Origin: Candidatus Saccharimonadota bacterium
Lineage (GTDB): Bacteria > Bacillota_I > Bacilli_A > Mycoplasmatales > Hepatoplasmataceae
Assembly (NCBI RefSeq): GCF_000582535.1
Contig: NZ_CP006932.1
Location: 300,001-332,000 of the forward strand
Reading direction: 5' to 3'
Length of the DNA: 32,000 nt
Both the position numbers and the translations under genes were made by a program. Shown in pieces: positions 12,249 to 23,166 of the stretch. Positions within the stretch are counted from its first letter, which is position 1. Each line of letters starts with the position of its first letter. The notes beneath the pieces are model-generated. The model made no database searches. It had not been told where the DNA came from and worked only from the letters and a program-made list of their open reading frames with translations.

Positions 12249-12977
12249 ATGGATTTAAATTTAGGAGGAATATTCCTATCAGAAATGTTAGGAACTTTCT
12301 TTTTGATATTAATAGGTTGTGGGGTAAACGCTAGTGTTAATCTTAAAAAAACCTATTCAAATAATTCTGGTTGAATTGTAATCAGTTTTGGATGAGGAAT
12401 GGGAGTTATGATTGGAGCTGCCGTTGCCTTTTATTCTGGGGGACATTTAAACCCTGCTGTTACATTAGCAATGTGAGCGGAAAGTACAATAGATACTGGA
12501 CAAGCTTTTGTATATTTTGCAGGAGAATTAGTTGGGGCATTTCTTGGTGCTTTATTAGTTGCTTTTTTATTTTGAGATCACTTCAAAGAAACAAAAGATC
12601 CAAAAGCAGTTGCTGGTACTTTTCACACTACACCAGCAATTCCAAGATGATATAGAAATCTTGCAACAGAAATGTTTGCAACATCTGCATTAGTTTTACC
12701 ATTGTTAGCACTTACTGAAGCAGGATGAGATACATTAATACTAGGACCTTTATTTGCTGGTTTATTAGTTTTGGGAATCGGATTAACTCTTGGAGGATTA
12801 ACTGGATATGCAATTAATCCAGCAAGAGACTTGATGCCAAGATTAGTTCATCAAATTGTTAAAATCCCAAATAAAGGAACAAGTAATTGACAATATTCAT
12901 GAGTTCCAATTATAGGACCACTTATGGGATCAATGCTTGCTGTAGCTTTTTATGAATTAATCTTAGTAGCAATTTAA
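12249..12977 (+). CDS. glpF: Glycerol uptake facilitator (aquaglyceroporin), 242 aa
   Basis: AGGAGGA ribosome-binding site 10 nt upstream. Two NPA boxes are present (GGHLNPAVT and YAINPARD). The standard-code ORF call here (12371-12655) is in the wrong frame. Confidence 0.9.
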
Positions 12978-13010
12978 TAAAAGTAAGAAAAGAAAAAGGA
13001 TAGATTTAGA

Positions 13011-14507
13011 ATGAACAAAAAATATATATTAGCATTAGATTCAGGAACAACATCAGCAAGAGCTGTTTTGTTTGATAAAAAAGCAAATGTTATGTCAATC
13101 GGGCAAAATGAATTTACACAATATTTTCCTGAACCGGGTTGAGTTGAACATGATGCAAATGAAATATATGCTAATCAAGTTGGAGTTGTAATTCAAGCAA
13201 TACAAAAAAATCACACAAAATTAAGTGAAATTGAAGCAATTGGAATTACAAATCAAAGAGAAACAGTTGTAATTTGAGATAAAAGAACAGGGATTCCTGT
13301 TCATCATGCAATTGTATGACAAGATAAAAGAACTGCGGATTATTGTGAAAAATTAGCAAATGATCCTAAAGTAATCAAAATAATTAAAGAAAAAACGGGT
13401 CTTGTATTAGACCCTTATTTTTCTGGAACAAAAATAAAATGATTACTAGATAATGTAAAAGGATTAAGAAATCGTGCTGAAAAAGGCGAAGTTTTAGCAG
13501 GAACAATTGATACTTGACTTATTTGAAAATTAACAAATGGTAAATCATTTGTTACTGATTATACAAATGCTTCAAGAACTTTATTATTTAATATTATTAA
13601 TTTAAAATGAGATCAAGAATTATTAAAATTATTTGATATTCCAGAAAAAATTTTACCAGAAGTTAAAAATTCTTCTGATAATTTTGGTACTACAGATATT
13701 GATGCTTTTAAAGGTATTCCAATATATTCATCTATAGGTGATCAACAATCATCTCTTTTTGGACATAGAAGTAAAATTGGAGAATTAAAAGGTACTTATG
13801 GAACAGGAGCATTTTTAATGTTAAATACTGGAGAAAAAGTTGTAAGATCAAAAAATGGATTACTTACAACAATTGCTTTAGGATTAAATGGAAAAGTAAC
13901 TTATGCTCTTGAGGGTTCAATTTATATTGCTGGAAATGCGCTTAAATGAATAAAAGATGAATTACATCTTATTCAAGAATATGAACAAATCGATTATTAC
14001 TTGAAAGATAATTATGATACAAAAGGAGTTACTGTTGTTCCTTATTTTGTTGGAGTAGGATCTCCTTATTGAAATACAAAAGCAAGAGGATTAATTACTG
14101 GAATTACAAGAGGAACAAATCGTGGTGATATTATAAGAGCAACTGCAGCTTCAATTGCTTTTCAAACATATGATATTTTTAAAGCTTTTCAAGAAGATTA
14201 CAATTCAAAAATTATAAAAATGTCTATTGATGGTGGTGTTTCAAAAACACAAAATTTAATGCAATTACAATCAAACATTTTAGAAGCAAAATTATATAAT
14301 CCAGAATCATCAGAAATTACTGCACTTGGTGCAGCTTTTCTTGCTGGATTAAAAGCAAAATTCTGAAAAGATCAAGCAGAAATTGATAAATTAATTAAAT
14401 TTAAAAAAATTTATAAACCAAATGCCAAAGTAAGTGAAAGTGAAAAAATTATCAAAAATTGAAAAGAATCAGTAAGATTAGCATTAGAATGAAATAAAAC
14501 AAAATAA
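13011..14507 (+). CDS. glpK: Glycerol kinase, 498 aa
   Basis: [62 protein letters not shown] and IDGG.. are classic FGGY/GlpK motifs. There are many in-frame TGA codons. Confidence 0.95.
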
Positions 14508-14517
14508 AGGAAAAATA

Positions 14518-15642
14518 ATGAGTGATACAAAATCATATGATGTAGCAATTATTGGTGGTGGAGTAATAGGTCTTACCATTGCAAAAGAATTTTTAGAAAA
14601 AAATATTAAGAATATTTGTCTTTTAGAAAAAAATCGCGATGTAATGTTAGAAACTTCCTCACATAATAGTGGAGTCATTCATAGTGGGTTTGATGCAACG
14701 CCCGGAACGTTAAAAGCAAAATTTAATGTAGAAGGCCGTCATCTTTTTGAGCAAAGATATTTAAAAAAAGATGCAAAATTTCATTGAGAAAATATTAATT
14801 CTTATATCTTGGCATTTGATGATGAAGATATTAAAGAATTAAATTTACTGTATGAGCAAGGAATTAAAAATGGTTTAAATCCTAAAAGTATGCAAATAAT
14901 TGATAATAAAGAAATTCTCAAAGTAAATCCGTATCTTAATAAAAAGATAATTAAAGCTTTATTAGTAAATACTTCTAAAATTATTGATGCACATCAATTT
15001 GGGAATTTTATTTTTGAAGAAGCTAAAAAATTAGGACTTAAGTATCATTTAAATTTTAAAGTAAATGATATTAAAAAAGAAAAAAATGAATGAGTTCTAA
15101 AATCTGAAAAAGACCAAATTATAAAGGCAAAATATATTATTAATGCAAGCGGAGTTTGATCAGAAGAAATTGCAAGACTTGTCGAAAAAAATCCTTTATT
15201 TAAAATTAAAACCAGAAGAGGACAATATCTTATTTTAGATCATGATCAGAGAAAATATACAACTTTTGATGTATTTTTTTTAACTCCATCTAAACATGGA
15301 AAAGGAGTAATAATCGCTCCTTTGTTAGATGGAAGAGTTCTTGTTGGTCCTAATGCAGAAGATAACATTCCAAAAAATGATATTCAAATAGTAACAGAAA
15401 AAGGTCTTAAACATGTAAGGAAAATAGGAAAGAAAATAAATCCTAATATTGATCTTGGTCGTGTTGTTTCTGTACTTGCTGGTTCTAGATCAATAAATGA
15501 ATTAACAAATGATTATTATATTGAAAAAAGTAAAGAAGTAGATAATTTCTTTCATGTAGCAGGAATTCAATCTCCAGGATTATCAAGTTCTCCTGCAATT
15601 GCTAGGTATGTATATAAAAGATACACAGAAGTAAAAAAGTAA
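14518..15642 (+). CDS. glpO: FAD-dependent glycerol-3-phosphate oxidase/dehydrogenase (mycoplasma GlpO/GlpD type), 374 aa
   Basis: ORFs 14518.., 14809.. and 15322.. share one frame. The N-terminal Rossmann FAD motif is YDVAIIGGGVIGLTIA. Its position after glpF-glpK and its short length match the mollicute GlpO type. Confidence 0.85.
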
Positions 15643-15662
15643 AAGAGTAAAAGAGTAAAAAA

Positions 15663-15689
15663 ATATAGGGAAATTCCTATATTTTTTTT
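15663..15689 (+). terminator. Rho-independent terminator after glpO
   Basis: ATATAGG-GAAATT-CCTATAT hairpin followed by a T7 run. Confidence 0.7.
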
Positions 15690-15776
15690 ATTTTAATAAT
15701 TTTGTAAAATTTACATATATAAATAAGAATAAAATAATAAATTAACTAATCTATAATAATGATAATAAAGGAAAAA

Positions 15777-16553
15777 ATGGAAAATAATAAAATTGAATTT
15801 TTTACATGAATTAGAAAAATTGAATTTATTAAATTAAAAAAACATTATGAGAATTACTATTCAAATATTATAAATGTTGATAATAATGAATTTTTATTAT
15901 TAAAAAGATATCTTAATGAAAATTTATTTACTGATTATTCTAAAGAAGATTTTGAAAAAATAAAAGAAAAATTTAAAAAAGACGAAATTTTTGATCCAAT
16001 AAAAAATATAAATAAAAATATCAATAAACAAAAAGAAACTTTCAAGCAAAAAATTTATGATGTTTTAATTAATATAGAAGATCATTTAAATCAATTTTCG
16101 AAAAAAAATTATAATAAATTAAGAAAGCATAAAATAATTTATTTTATTATTGCTCATGCAATAAATACAAATAAAAAGTATGCACAATGAAAAGAAGAAT
16201 ATGATATTTTTGCTTCTTTTATATCAAATAAAAAAAATTATGAAAAGATGACTTGATGTGCTTTTGAAAATGGACCAATTTTAAATAGTATCTATAATCC
16301 ATCACCAAATGAAGATAATGATTTATTTATTTTATATCAAAATGAAAAACAATTAATTGTTTTTGAAATGGCTTATTTTTTCTTAAAAAATTTTTCAACA
16401 ATCGAACTTATTGAAGAAAGCCATAAGACAAAACCTTGAATAGACAATTTTGAAAGATACAGTTATTACAAAAAAATTAAAAATAATGAAATAATTGAAT
16501 ATTTTAAAAATAATAAACCTTTTTTTATTAAATTAATAAATGGAAATAATTAA
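15777..16553 (+). CDS. Panacea/SocA (DUF4065) domain protein, 258 aa, candidate antitoxin
   Basis: The C-terminal half has the Panacea pattern: KIIYFIIAHAI.., W-CAFENGPILNSIY, ..TIELIEESHKTKPW. The N-terminal ~110 aa has no motif I recognise. Three in-frame TGA codons are present. Confidence 0.6.
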
Positions 16554-16908
16554 AATTAAATTAAATAATTTTATAAACAAGTATTTAGAAATTATTTTTA
16601 CTATTGTATGATTTCTTTTTCTTTTAATTTTAGTTATTTTAATAATTTATATGCAAATAGATACTAAAGATTTTTTTTCATATTTAATTTCATTTACAAT
16701 TGCTTGATTTGCAATATATCTTACAATAAAAATTGGTAAAAATAGCCAGAAAACATTAGATAATATAAACGAAACAGTAATAGAAATAAAAAATTTGAAT
16801 CTAGAAAAAGATCAAATAAATATTAAAAAAGAAAATCAAGTAATAAAACAAAATAGAATAAATAAAATCCAAAAGGAAAATGATGAATATGAAAATAAAT
16901 TAAAATAA
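16540..16908 (+). CDS. Small two-TM membrane protein with a charged coiled-coil tail, 122 aa, candidate toxin/effector
   Basis: The ATG at 16540 overlaps the upstream stop by 14 nt, which suggests translational coupling. There are two hydrophobic helices (IIFTIVWFLFLLILVILIIY and FFSYLISFTIAWFAIYLTI), then a tail ..EKDQINIKKENQVIKQNRINKIQKENDEYENKLK. Confidence 0.5.
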
Positions 16909-16928
16909 GAATCTCATGAGAGATTCTT
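16907..16928. terminator. Hairpin between the convergent small membrane gene and cas9 (possibly a bidirectional terminator)
   Basis: AAGAATCTC-ATGA-GAGATTCTT forms a 9-bp perfect stem, followed by a T-rich stretch. Confidence 0.5.
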
Positions 16929-16951
16929 ATTATTGGTATTTTTTATATAAA

Positions 16952-19900
16952 TTATTCTATTTTTCCTAATCTTGTAATATTTACAAGTTTTAAATCTTGT
17001 GCTTTAGATATTGAAATTCTTAATTTAATATTAAACATTTCTTTATATTTTTTTGGATTTGTATGTTGTGTTAAATTAGAAATTGGTGCACTAAATCTTT
17101 TTTCTAATGAATCTAAAGATTTATATGTATAAATAATTTCATCATTTGATAATTTAAATTGTGCATTTTTAAATAAAATTAAATTTATTTTTTCTTTTTG
17201 TTTTGCAATTTCAGCTATTTGATTACGATAAATTGGAATTAGTTTTTTATTTTGATCATATGTATATCCAATATACTTTGAAATATCTCAAAAATTACCT
17301 TTTTTATCTTTAATAAATGAATTTTTTAATTTTCCTGTTTTTTGATCTATTGCTTCTTTTTTAGAACTAGGATTTTGCTTTGCAAGTAAAGTTCCTCTTA
17401 TTCTTTTGTCTATTTTATAAGATACATAAGGATAATCTTTAATGTTTTTATTATTCAAGTTTGCTCATTCTGTTGCTTCAATAGTATCCAAAAATGCTGG
17501 AATTTTTTTATATTTAATTTCTTTTATATATTCGTTTGTATTTGAATCAAATGTTGTTGCTGGATATTTTTGATTTATTTGCTTTAATCTTACAGGAATT
17601 AAATTGTTAATTTTACTAGGAAGATTTTCAATTAAAGGACTTATTAAATTTAAAATATTTTGATCGGTAGTAAAATCTATTCTTTCTAATCTTTGATTAG
17701 TTTTAATTTTTTGATCAATTAAATTTATTAAATAATTAAATACTTGATTTAATTTATTGTTTAATTCTTTTGTACCATAAAAATAGACAAATCCACGATC
17801 TTTAAATCGATTATCAATTATTCTTTTTTGTTCAAATAATTTTTCTTTAATATTAAATGAATCTTTTTTATTTACATAATAGTTATAAAAATTAATAATT
17901 CTAACTATCAATTGATAAAACTCAATATGTTGCTCAGAAATCATATTAGAAAGAATTATTGCATCTACAGCATGATGAAAAGGAGAGATATCACGAGGTT
18001 TATTAATATCTCCTCATAAGCTTCCATATTTATAATTAGAAGGATTTAATCATAATCTTCTAAAATATGAAGTAATTCCTCCTTGAATTTGTAATATTTT
18101 GGGAGACTTAATATTTTCTTTTCTTTCTTTTTTTGCAAATTCTAATTTTAAATAATCAGTAATATATTTTGTAATATATCTTGTGTCATTAATATTTCTA
18201 GATTCAAATCCTGTTTCCTTTGATCGATCTAAATTCTCCATAAATAAATATGCTAATTTTACATTACTATTTATACTTTTTTCAATTTTATTTTTTCAAT
18301 TATTTAATTGTTTATTAGTAAAATTTTGTATTTTAAAAAAATCAAGTGGTGTTTTGTTACTTTTAAGAGCATTATTTTTTCTTGAAGTAACTATCTTATT
18401 ATTTTTAGTATCATCATTTACTAAAGAATAAGGAGCAATATGGTCAACTTGGTATTCATTATTTTTGTCTTCAATAAAGTTTTTTAAATAAATTTTTTCT
18501 TTAAAATCAACATCATATAAATCATATGCAAAATTTTCTTTTTTTGAAATTTGATCTAATTGTTGATCTTTTCAAATTAAATATTTATTAATGTTTTTAG
18601 AAGTTGGAATTAAATTATGTTCTTTTAATTTATTTTCAGATTCTTCTCTTATTTTTTGATTTTTATCTTGATTACTTCTTATTTTATTTCTTAATGTTTT
18701 TTCTGCATAAAGATCTTTTGCTACTTCAATAATTAATCCATCAAAATTATGTATTTTTAATAAATCTCTTACTACTAATCTAACTTGATTTATTGCTCGA
18801 AAAACTACAGAATTTTTTTGCATATCTTGATCTTTAATTGGAGAAAATAATTTTATTTCCTTTTCTTTTAATTTTTCTAATTTTTCTTCTGTATTTTTTT
18901 CTCTTATTTTATTTTGATATTCAAAAATTATCTCTCCTGTATCTAATTGATTTTTAAGAGCAGATAAGATAAATTTGCTTGATGTAGATAAAGTTTTATT
19001 TCCTTTTCCTATTCATTTGTTATTTTTTCTAATTCAATTATATCCATCATTTTGATCATTAAAAAATGAATCTATTTTTATCAATTCATTTTTTAATTTT
19101 TCTGGTGTTTTATTTTTAAATAAAACATTTGCAATTTTATTTATTTTACTATCTCTAATTGTATTTAAAAAATTTAGATCTATTTTAAGATTTTTTAAAA
19201 TGAATTCTTTATTTTCATTATTTTGTGCAAACGAATGTAAAAATAAATTACTATTAGCAAAACTAATTCCATCTAATTTAGGTAAATTTAAATTATGTTT
19301 TGAAAATATTTCTGTAATTATTTTACGATCAAATTTTAAATTTTTAAAATAATTATCAAATATTTCTCTTGTAATTATTTTTATTTTTTCTGAATTAATT
19401 TGTTTTTCATTTTTTAGTTTTGAAAATATCTTTCCTGTTTCATTTAGAATAAACGAAATATCATTTTCAATTGAAAAGCAAGATAATCTTTTTTGATCTT
19501 GAAAAAATTCACAATTTCCTAAATTTTCAAAAAATTGTTTGTAATAAAATTGTTTAGAATCTTTATTTAATTTTTCTTTTCAAATTTTTTTTACTTCTGG
19601 ATCTTTGGGTCCTGGACCATCTTCAAAATCTCGTTGTCTAAATATAATTTTTTTTAAATCTTCTTTTATATCACTTAATTTATCATTATATTCGATCTGT
19701 TTATTTAATAATGCATCAAATTCATTTTCATAATCTTCACGATTAAATAAAATTTGATTATCATTATATTTCTTAATTAATGTATTTTTTAATATGTTAA
19801 TTAATTCTTTTTCTGATTCATTTTTATGATCTATATTATATTTTTTCAATAAATTTTGTAAATTAATTATATTTATTTCTTTTTTGTTTTTGTCTAGAAA

Positions 19901-20539
19901 AATTTGTTCATTAAATTTACTTTCATTAAAAACTCTACTACGATAGTTAAATTTACTTAGATCTTTTGGATTAAAATTAAAAAAAGAATCTTCTGTAATA
20001 GCTTTAATTGGATATTTATATTTTTTTATTAATTCTTTACTTTTTTCGATGCTTTTTCTTGCATCTTTATTTTCATTTAAATTTGGAATAAGAAAACGAT
20101 TACTATATCCTCTTCTTTTTGCAATATTAATTAAAGCAATTAATAATTCTAAATTTGTTAATTTTTCTTCTAATCCTTTTTTTCTTAAAATAATTGAATT
20201 AAATTTATCATCTTTAAAATATTTTTTTCCTTCTTTATTAATTTTTAAAATGTGATTTTGGTAATCTTCTTTTTTTAATAATTTATGATTATAAAAAGTT
20301 TTTTTAAGATCATTTATTCTTATTTTTTTACGAGAATTTAATCTTCTTCCAGATCTAAATTGTCTTCTTTCGGAAGTTTTTGTATCTAAAGATTTACTAT
20401 CTTCGGGTGCATCTCATAATCTAACACCAAAATCTAATATATTTCAATTGTTTTTTTGATTATTATATTCTGAGATAGCCCATCCTAATGATGTAACTCC
20501 AATATCTAATGCTAAATATTTCTTATTTTCTAATTGCAT
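16952..20539 (-). CDS. cas9: Cas9 (type II effector nuclease), 1195 aa, with all catalytic motifs intact
   Basis: A single minus-strand frame links ORFs 19580-19849, 18572-18823, 18050-18241 and 17465-17944 through TGA=Trp. Motifs: RuvC-I YLALDIGVTSLGWAI, Arg-rich bridge helix SERRQFRSGRRLNSRKKIR, RuvC-II IIEVAKDL, HNH YQVDHIAPYS..NNKIVTSRKNNALKSNKTP, RuvC-III FHHAVDAIILS. AAAGGA ribosome-binding site before the ATG. Confidence 0.93.
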
Positions 20540-20593
20540 TATTATCCTTTTATATATTTAAATTTCTATTTAAATCTATTATATAAAAATTAT

Positions 20594-22939
20594 TGATTAA
20601 ACAACTCATGAATACCAACTAACCAAAACAACTTCATTATCATTATCTTTGTAAGGAAAGGGTTAAACAACTCATGAATACCAACTAACCAAAACCATCT
20701 GATCAATTATATGTAGTTATTATTGGGGTTAAACAACTCATGAATACCAACTAACCAAAACTAATCTTAATGCAATATTAAATATTATTTCGGGTTAAAC
20801 AACTCATGAATACCAACTAACCAAAACAACGTAAATTTAAGCTTAATTGAACTATTAGGGTTAAACAACTCATGAATACCAACTAACCAAAACATTGAAA
20901 AGGTCCATCGCAAATGTTAATATGGGTTAAACAACTCATGAATACCAACTAACCAAAACAACGTAAATTTAAGCTTAATTGAACTATTAGGGTTAAACAA
21001 CTCATGAATACCAACTAACCAAAACAGCAGGTTTAGGAAAAACAACTACTGCAAAGGGTTAAACAACTCATGAATACCAACTAACCAAAACATAATATGG
21101 TATAAAAAACTATCAAAAAATGGGTTAAACAACTCATGAATACCAACTAACCAAAACTATGTGGTTTTTTTAGTTCCTCACTACCTTGGGTTAAACAACT
21201 CATGAATACCAACTAACCAAAACTATTAAAATTTGCTAAATATTCGTCTGGTGGGGTTAAACAACTCATGAATACCAACTAACCAAAACAAAGTAAGAGG
21301 CATTTATACCAATGTAAATGGGTTAAACAACTCATGAATACCAACTAACCAAAACTTTCATATACATTTGATTACATCAGATATAGGGTTAAACAACTCA
21401 TGAATACCAACTAACCAAAACCCGTATAATTTCATTGGTCATAATCTTAAAGGGTTAAACAACTCATGAATACCAACTAACCAAAACTAGGTGGGTAAAG
21501 AAAAAGGAAAAAAAAAGGGTTAAACAACTCATGAATACCAACTAACCAAAACTGTCCCTTAATATTAAACGGTCATTTTTAAGGGTTAAACAACTCATGA
21601 ATACCAACTAACCAAAACTAATTTTGCTTTTGAACCTTATATTAAAACGGGTTAAACAACTCATGAATACCAACTAACCAAAACACATTGGAATAAATTC
21701 CTCTTATTTTTAATGGGTTAAACAACTCATGAATACCAACTAACCAAAACAAAACTGAAGTAATCATAATGGTGTCTGCTGGGTTAAACAACTCATGAAT
21801 ACCAACTAACCAAAACTATAGCAATGTAAATCCACTAATATTTTTAGGGTTAAACAACTCATGAATACCAACTAACCAAAACAACGTAGAATATGAGAAT
21901 TGCAGTTGATTTGGGTTAAACAACTCATGAATACCAACTAACCAAAACAATTAGTTTTTTCTTATATAGTTATATTATGGGTTAAACAACTCATGAATAC
22001 CAACTAACCAAAACTAAATGTTGTTAAAAACAACAAAAAAATAAGGGTTAAACAACTCATGAATACCAACTAACCAAAACATCGCACAGATGGACCCGAA
22101 TACCATTAAAGGGTTAAACAACTCATGAATACCAACTAACCAAAACATCGCACAGATGGACCCGAATACCATTAAAGGGTTAAACAACTCATGAATACCA
22201 ACTAACCAAAACCCCATAAATATTCAATTAACATTTTAATCTGGGTTAAACAACTCATGAATACCAACTAACCAAAACACTTTTGCATATAATGACTTAA
22301 TTAAAATAGGGTTAAACAACTCATGAATACCAACTAACCAAAACTAATTACTTCGCAACTTAATTTTTAAATAAGGGTTAAACAACTCATGAATACCAAC
22401 TAACCAAAACACTTTAATGGTTAATGCATTCATACCACTAGGGTTAAACAACTCATGAATACCAACTAACCAAAACCCTTAGACCATCTACTTTCGCTTA
22501 TAACGAGGGTTAAACAACTCATGAATACCAACTAACCAAAACACAGAAATATTATATTTATACGTTCCTTACGGGTTAAACAACTCATGAATACCAACTA
22601 ACCAAAACAACGTTAGAGGATTTTACTCAAATGTTAATGGGTTAAACAACTCATGAATACCAACTAACCAAAACACATTTACACTAACTGATGATTATAC
22701 TAATTGGGTTAAACAACTCATGAATACCAACTAACCAAAACATAGAGTTTATGTTTAACTGAGAAGACAATGGGTTAAACAACTCATGAATACCAACTAA
22801 CCAAAACATACCGCCTCAATTAGATTGATTGGTATATGGGTTAAACAACTCATGAATACCAACTAACCAAAACCTTCTTTTAACAGAATCAAATATTTTT
22901 TTTGGGTTAAACAACTCATGAATACCAACTAACCAAAAC
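20594..22939 (-). CRISPR. CRISPR array: 36 repeats of 36 nt and 35 spacers (29-31 nt, mostly 30)
   Basis: The plus-strand repeat is GGGTTAAACAACTCATGAATACCAACTAACCAAAAC with a 66-bp period. Its reverse complement starts with GTTTTGG, as in type II repeats. The repeat nearest cas9 (20594-20629) is degenerate (TGA in place of GGG). Minus-strand transcription is inferred from the tracrRNA orientation and the position of the degenerate terminal repeat. Confidence 0.97.
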
Positions 22940-23071
22940 ATTAAATTAATTATAATAAAAAAAAGCAAGTAAAATAGACGTTATTTTAAATATTTTAAAA
23001 CTTAAAATATTTATATTTTGCTTTTTATTTATATTAATAAATAATATTTTTTCAATATTTTTATTTTTCCT
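22940..23071 (-). promoter_or_regulatory. Putative CRISPR leader (AT-rich) with a -10-like TATAAT 9 nt before the first repeat
   Basis: A minus-strand TATAAT at 22954-22949 is followed by TAATTTAAT and then the first GTTTTGG repeat. No coding potential is visible. In DNA this AT-rich such boxes arise by chance. Confidence 0.3.
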
Positions 23072-23080
23072 TGTTATAAT
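23072..23080 (+). promoter_or_regulatory. Extended -10 box (TGTTATAAT) upstream of the first RCC1-like gene
   Basis: Matches the TGnTATAAT consensus, 87 nt upstream of the ATG at 23167. Confidence 0.35.
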
Positions 23081-23166
23081 TTTTTTATTAAAAATATTTT
23101 ATATTTTTGAGCGTAGAGGGTTTTAATAAAAATTAATAAATAAAAGGAATTAATATTCTTAAAATA

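Noticed and set aside
22014-22217. 67-aa minus-strand ORF with an internally repeated peptide (MFWLVGIHELFNPLMVFGSICA repeated)
   Set aside because: It lies entirely inside the CRISPR array. The repeated peptide is simply the translation of the 36-nt repeat plus the duplicated spacer, so this is not a gene.
20630-22903. Possible self-targeting spacers matching genes in this window
   Set aside because: My spot checks by eye found only short matches of about 11 nt or less, for example to dnaE near position 901. A proper search of all 35 spacers against the full genome is needed, so no claim is made.
20594-22939. Repeat-internal promoters (as in Neisseria type II-C arrays), suggested by TGGTATTCA within the minus-strand repeat
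   Set aside because: The hexamer TATTCA is a poor -10 match and lies mid-repeat rather than at the repeat end. There is no sequence support beyond the TG dinucleotide.
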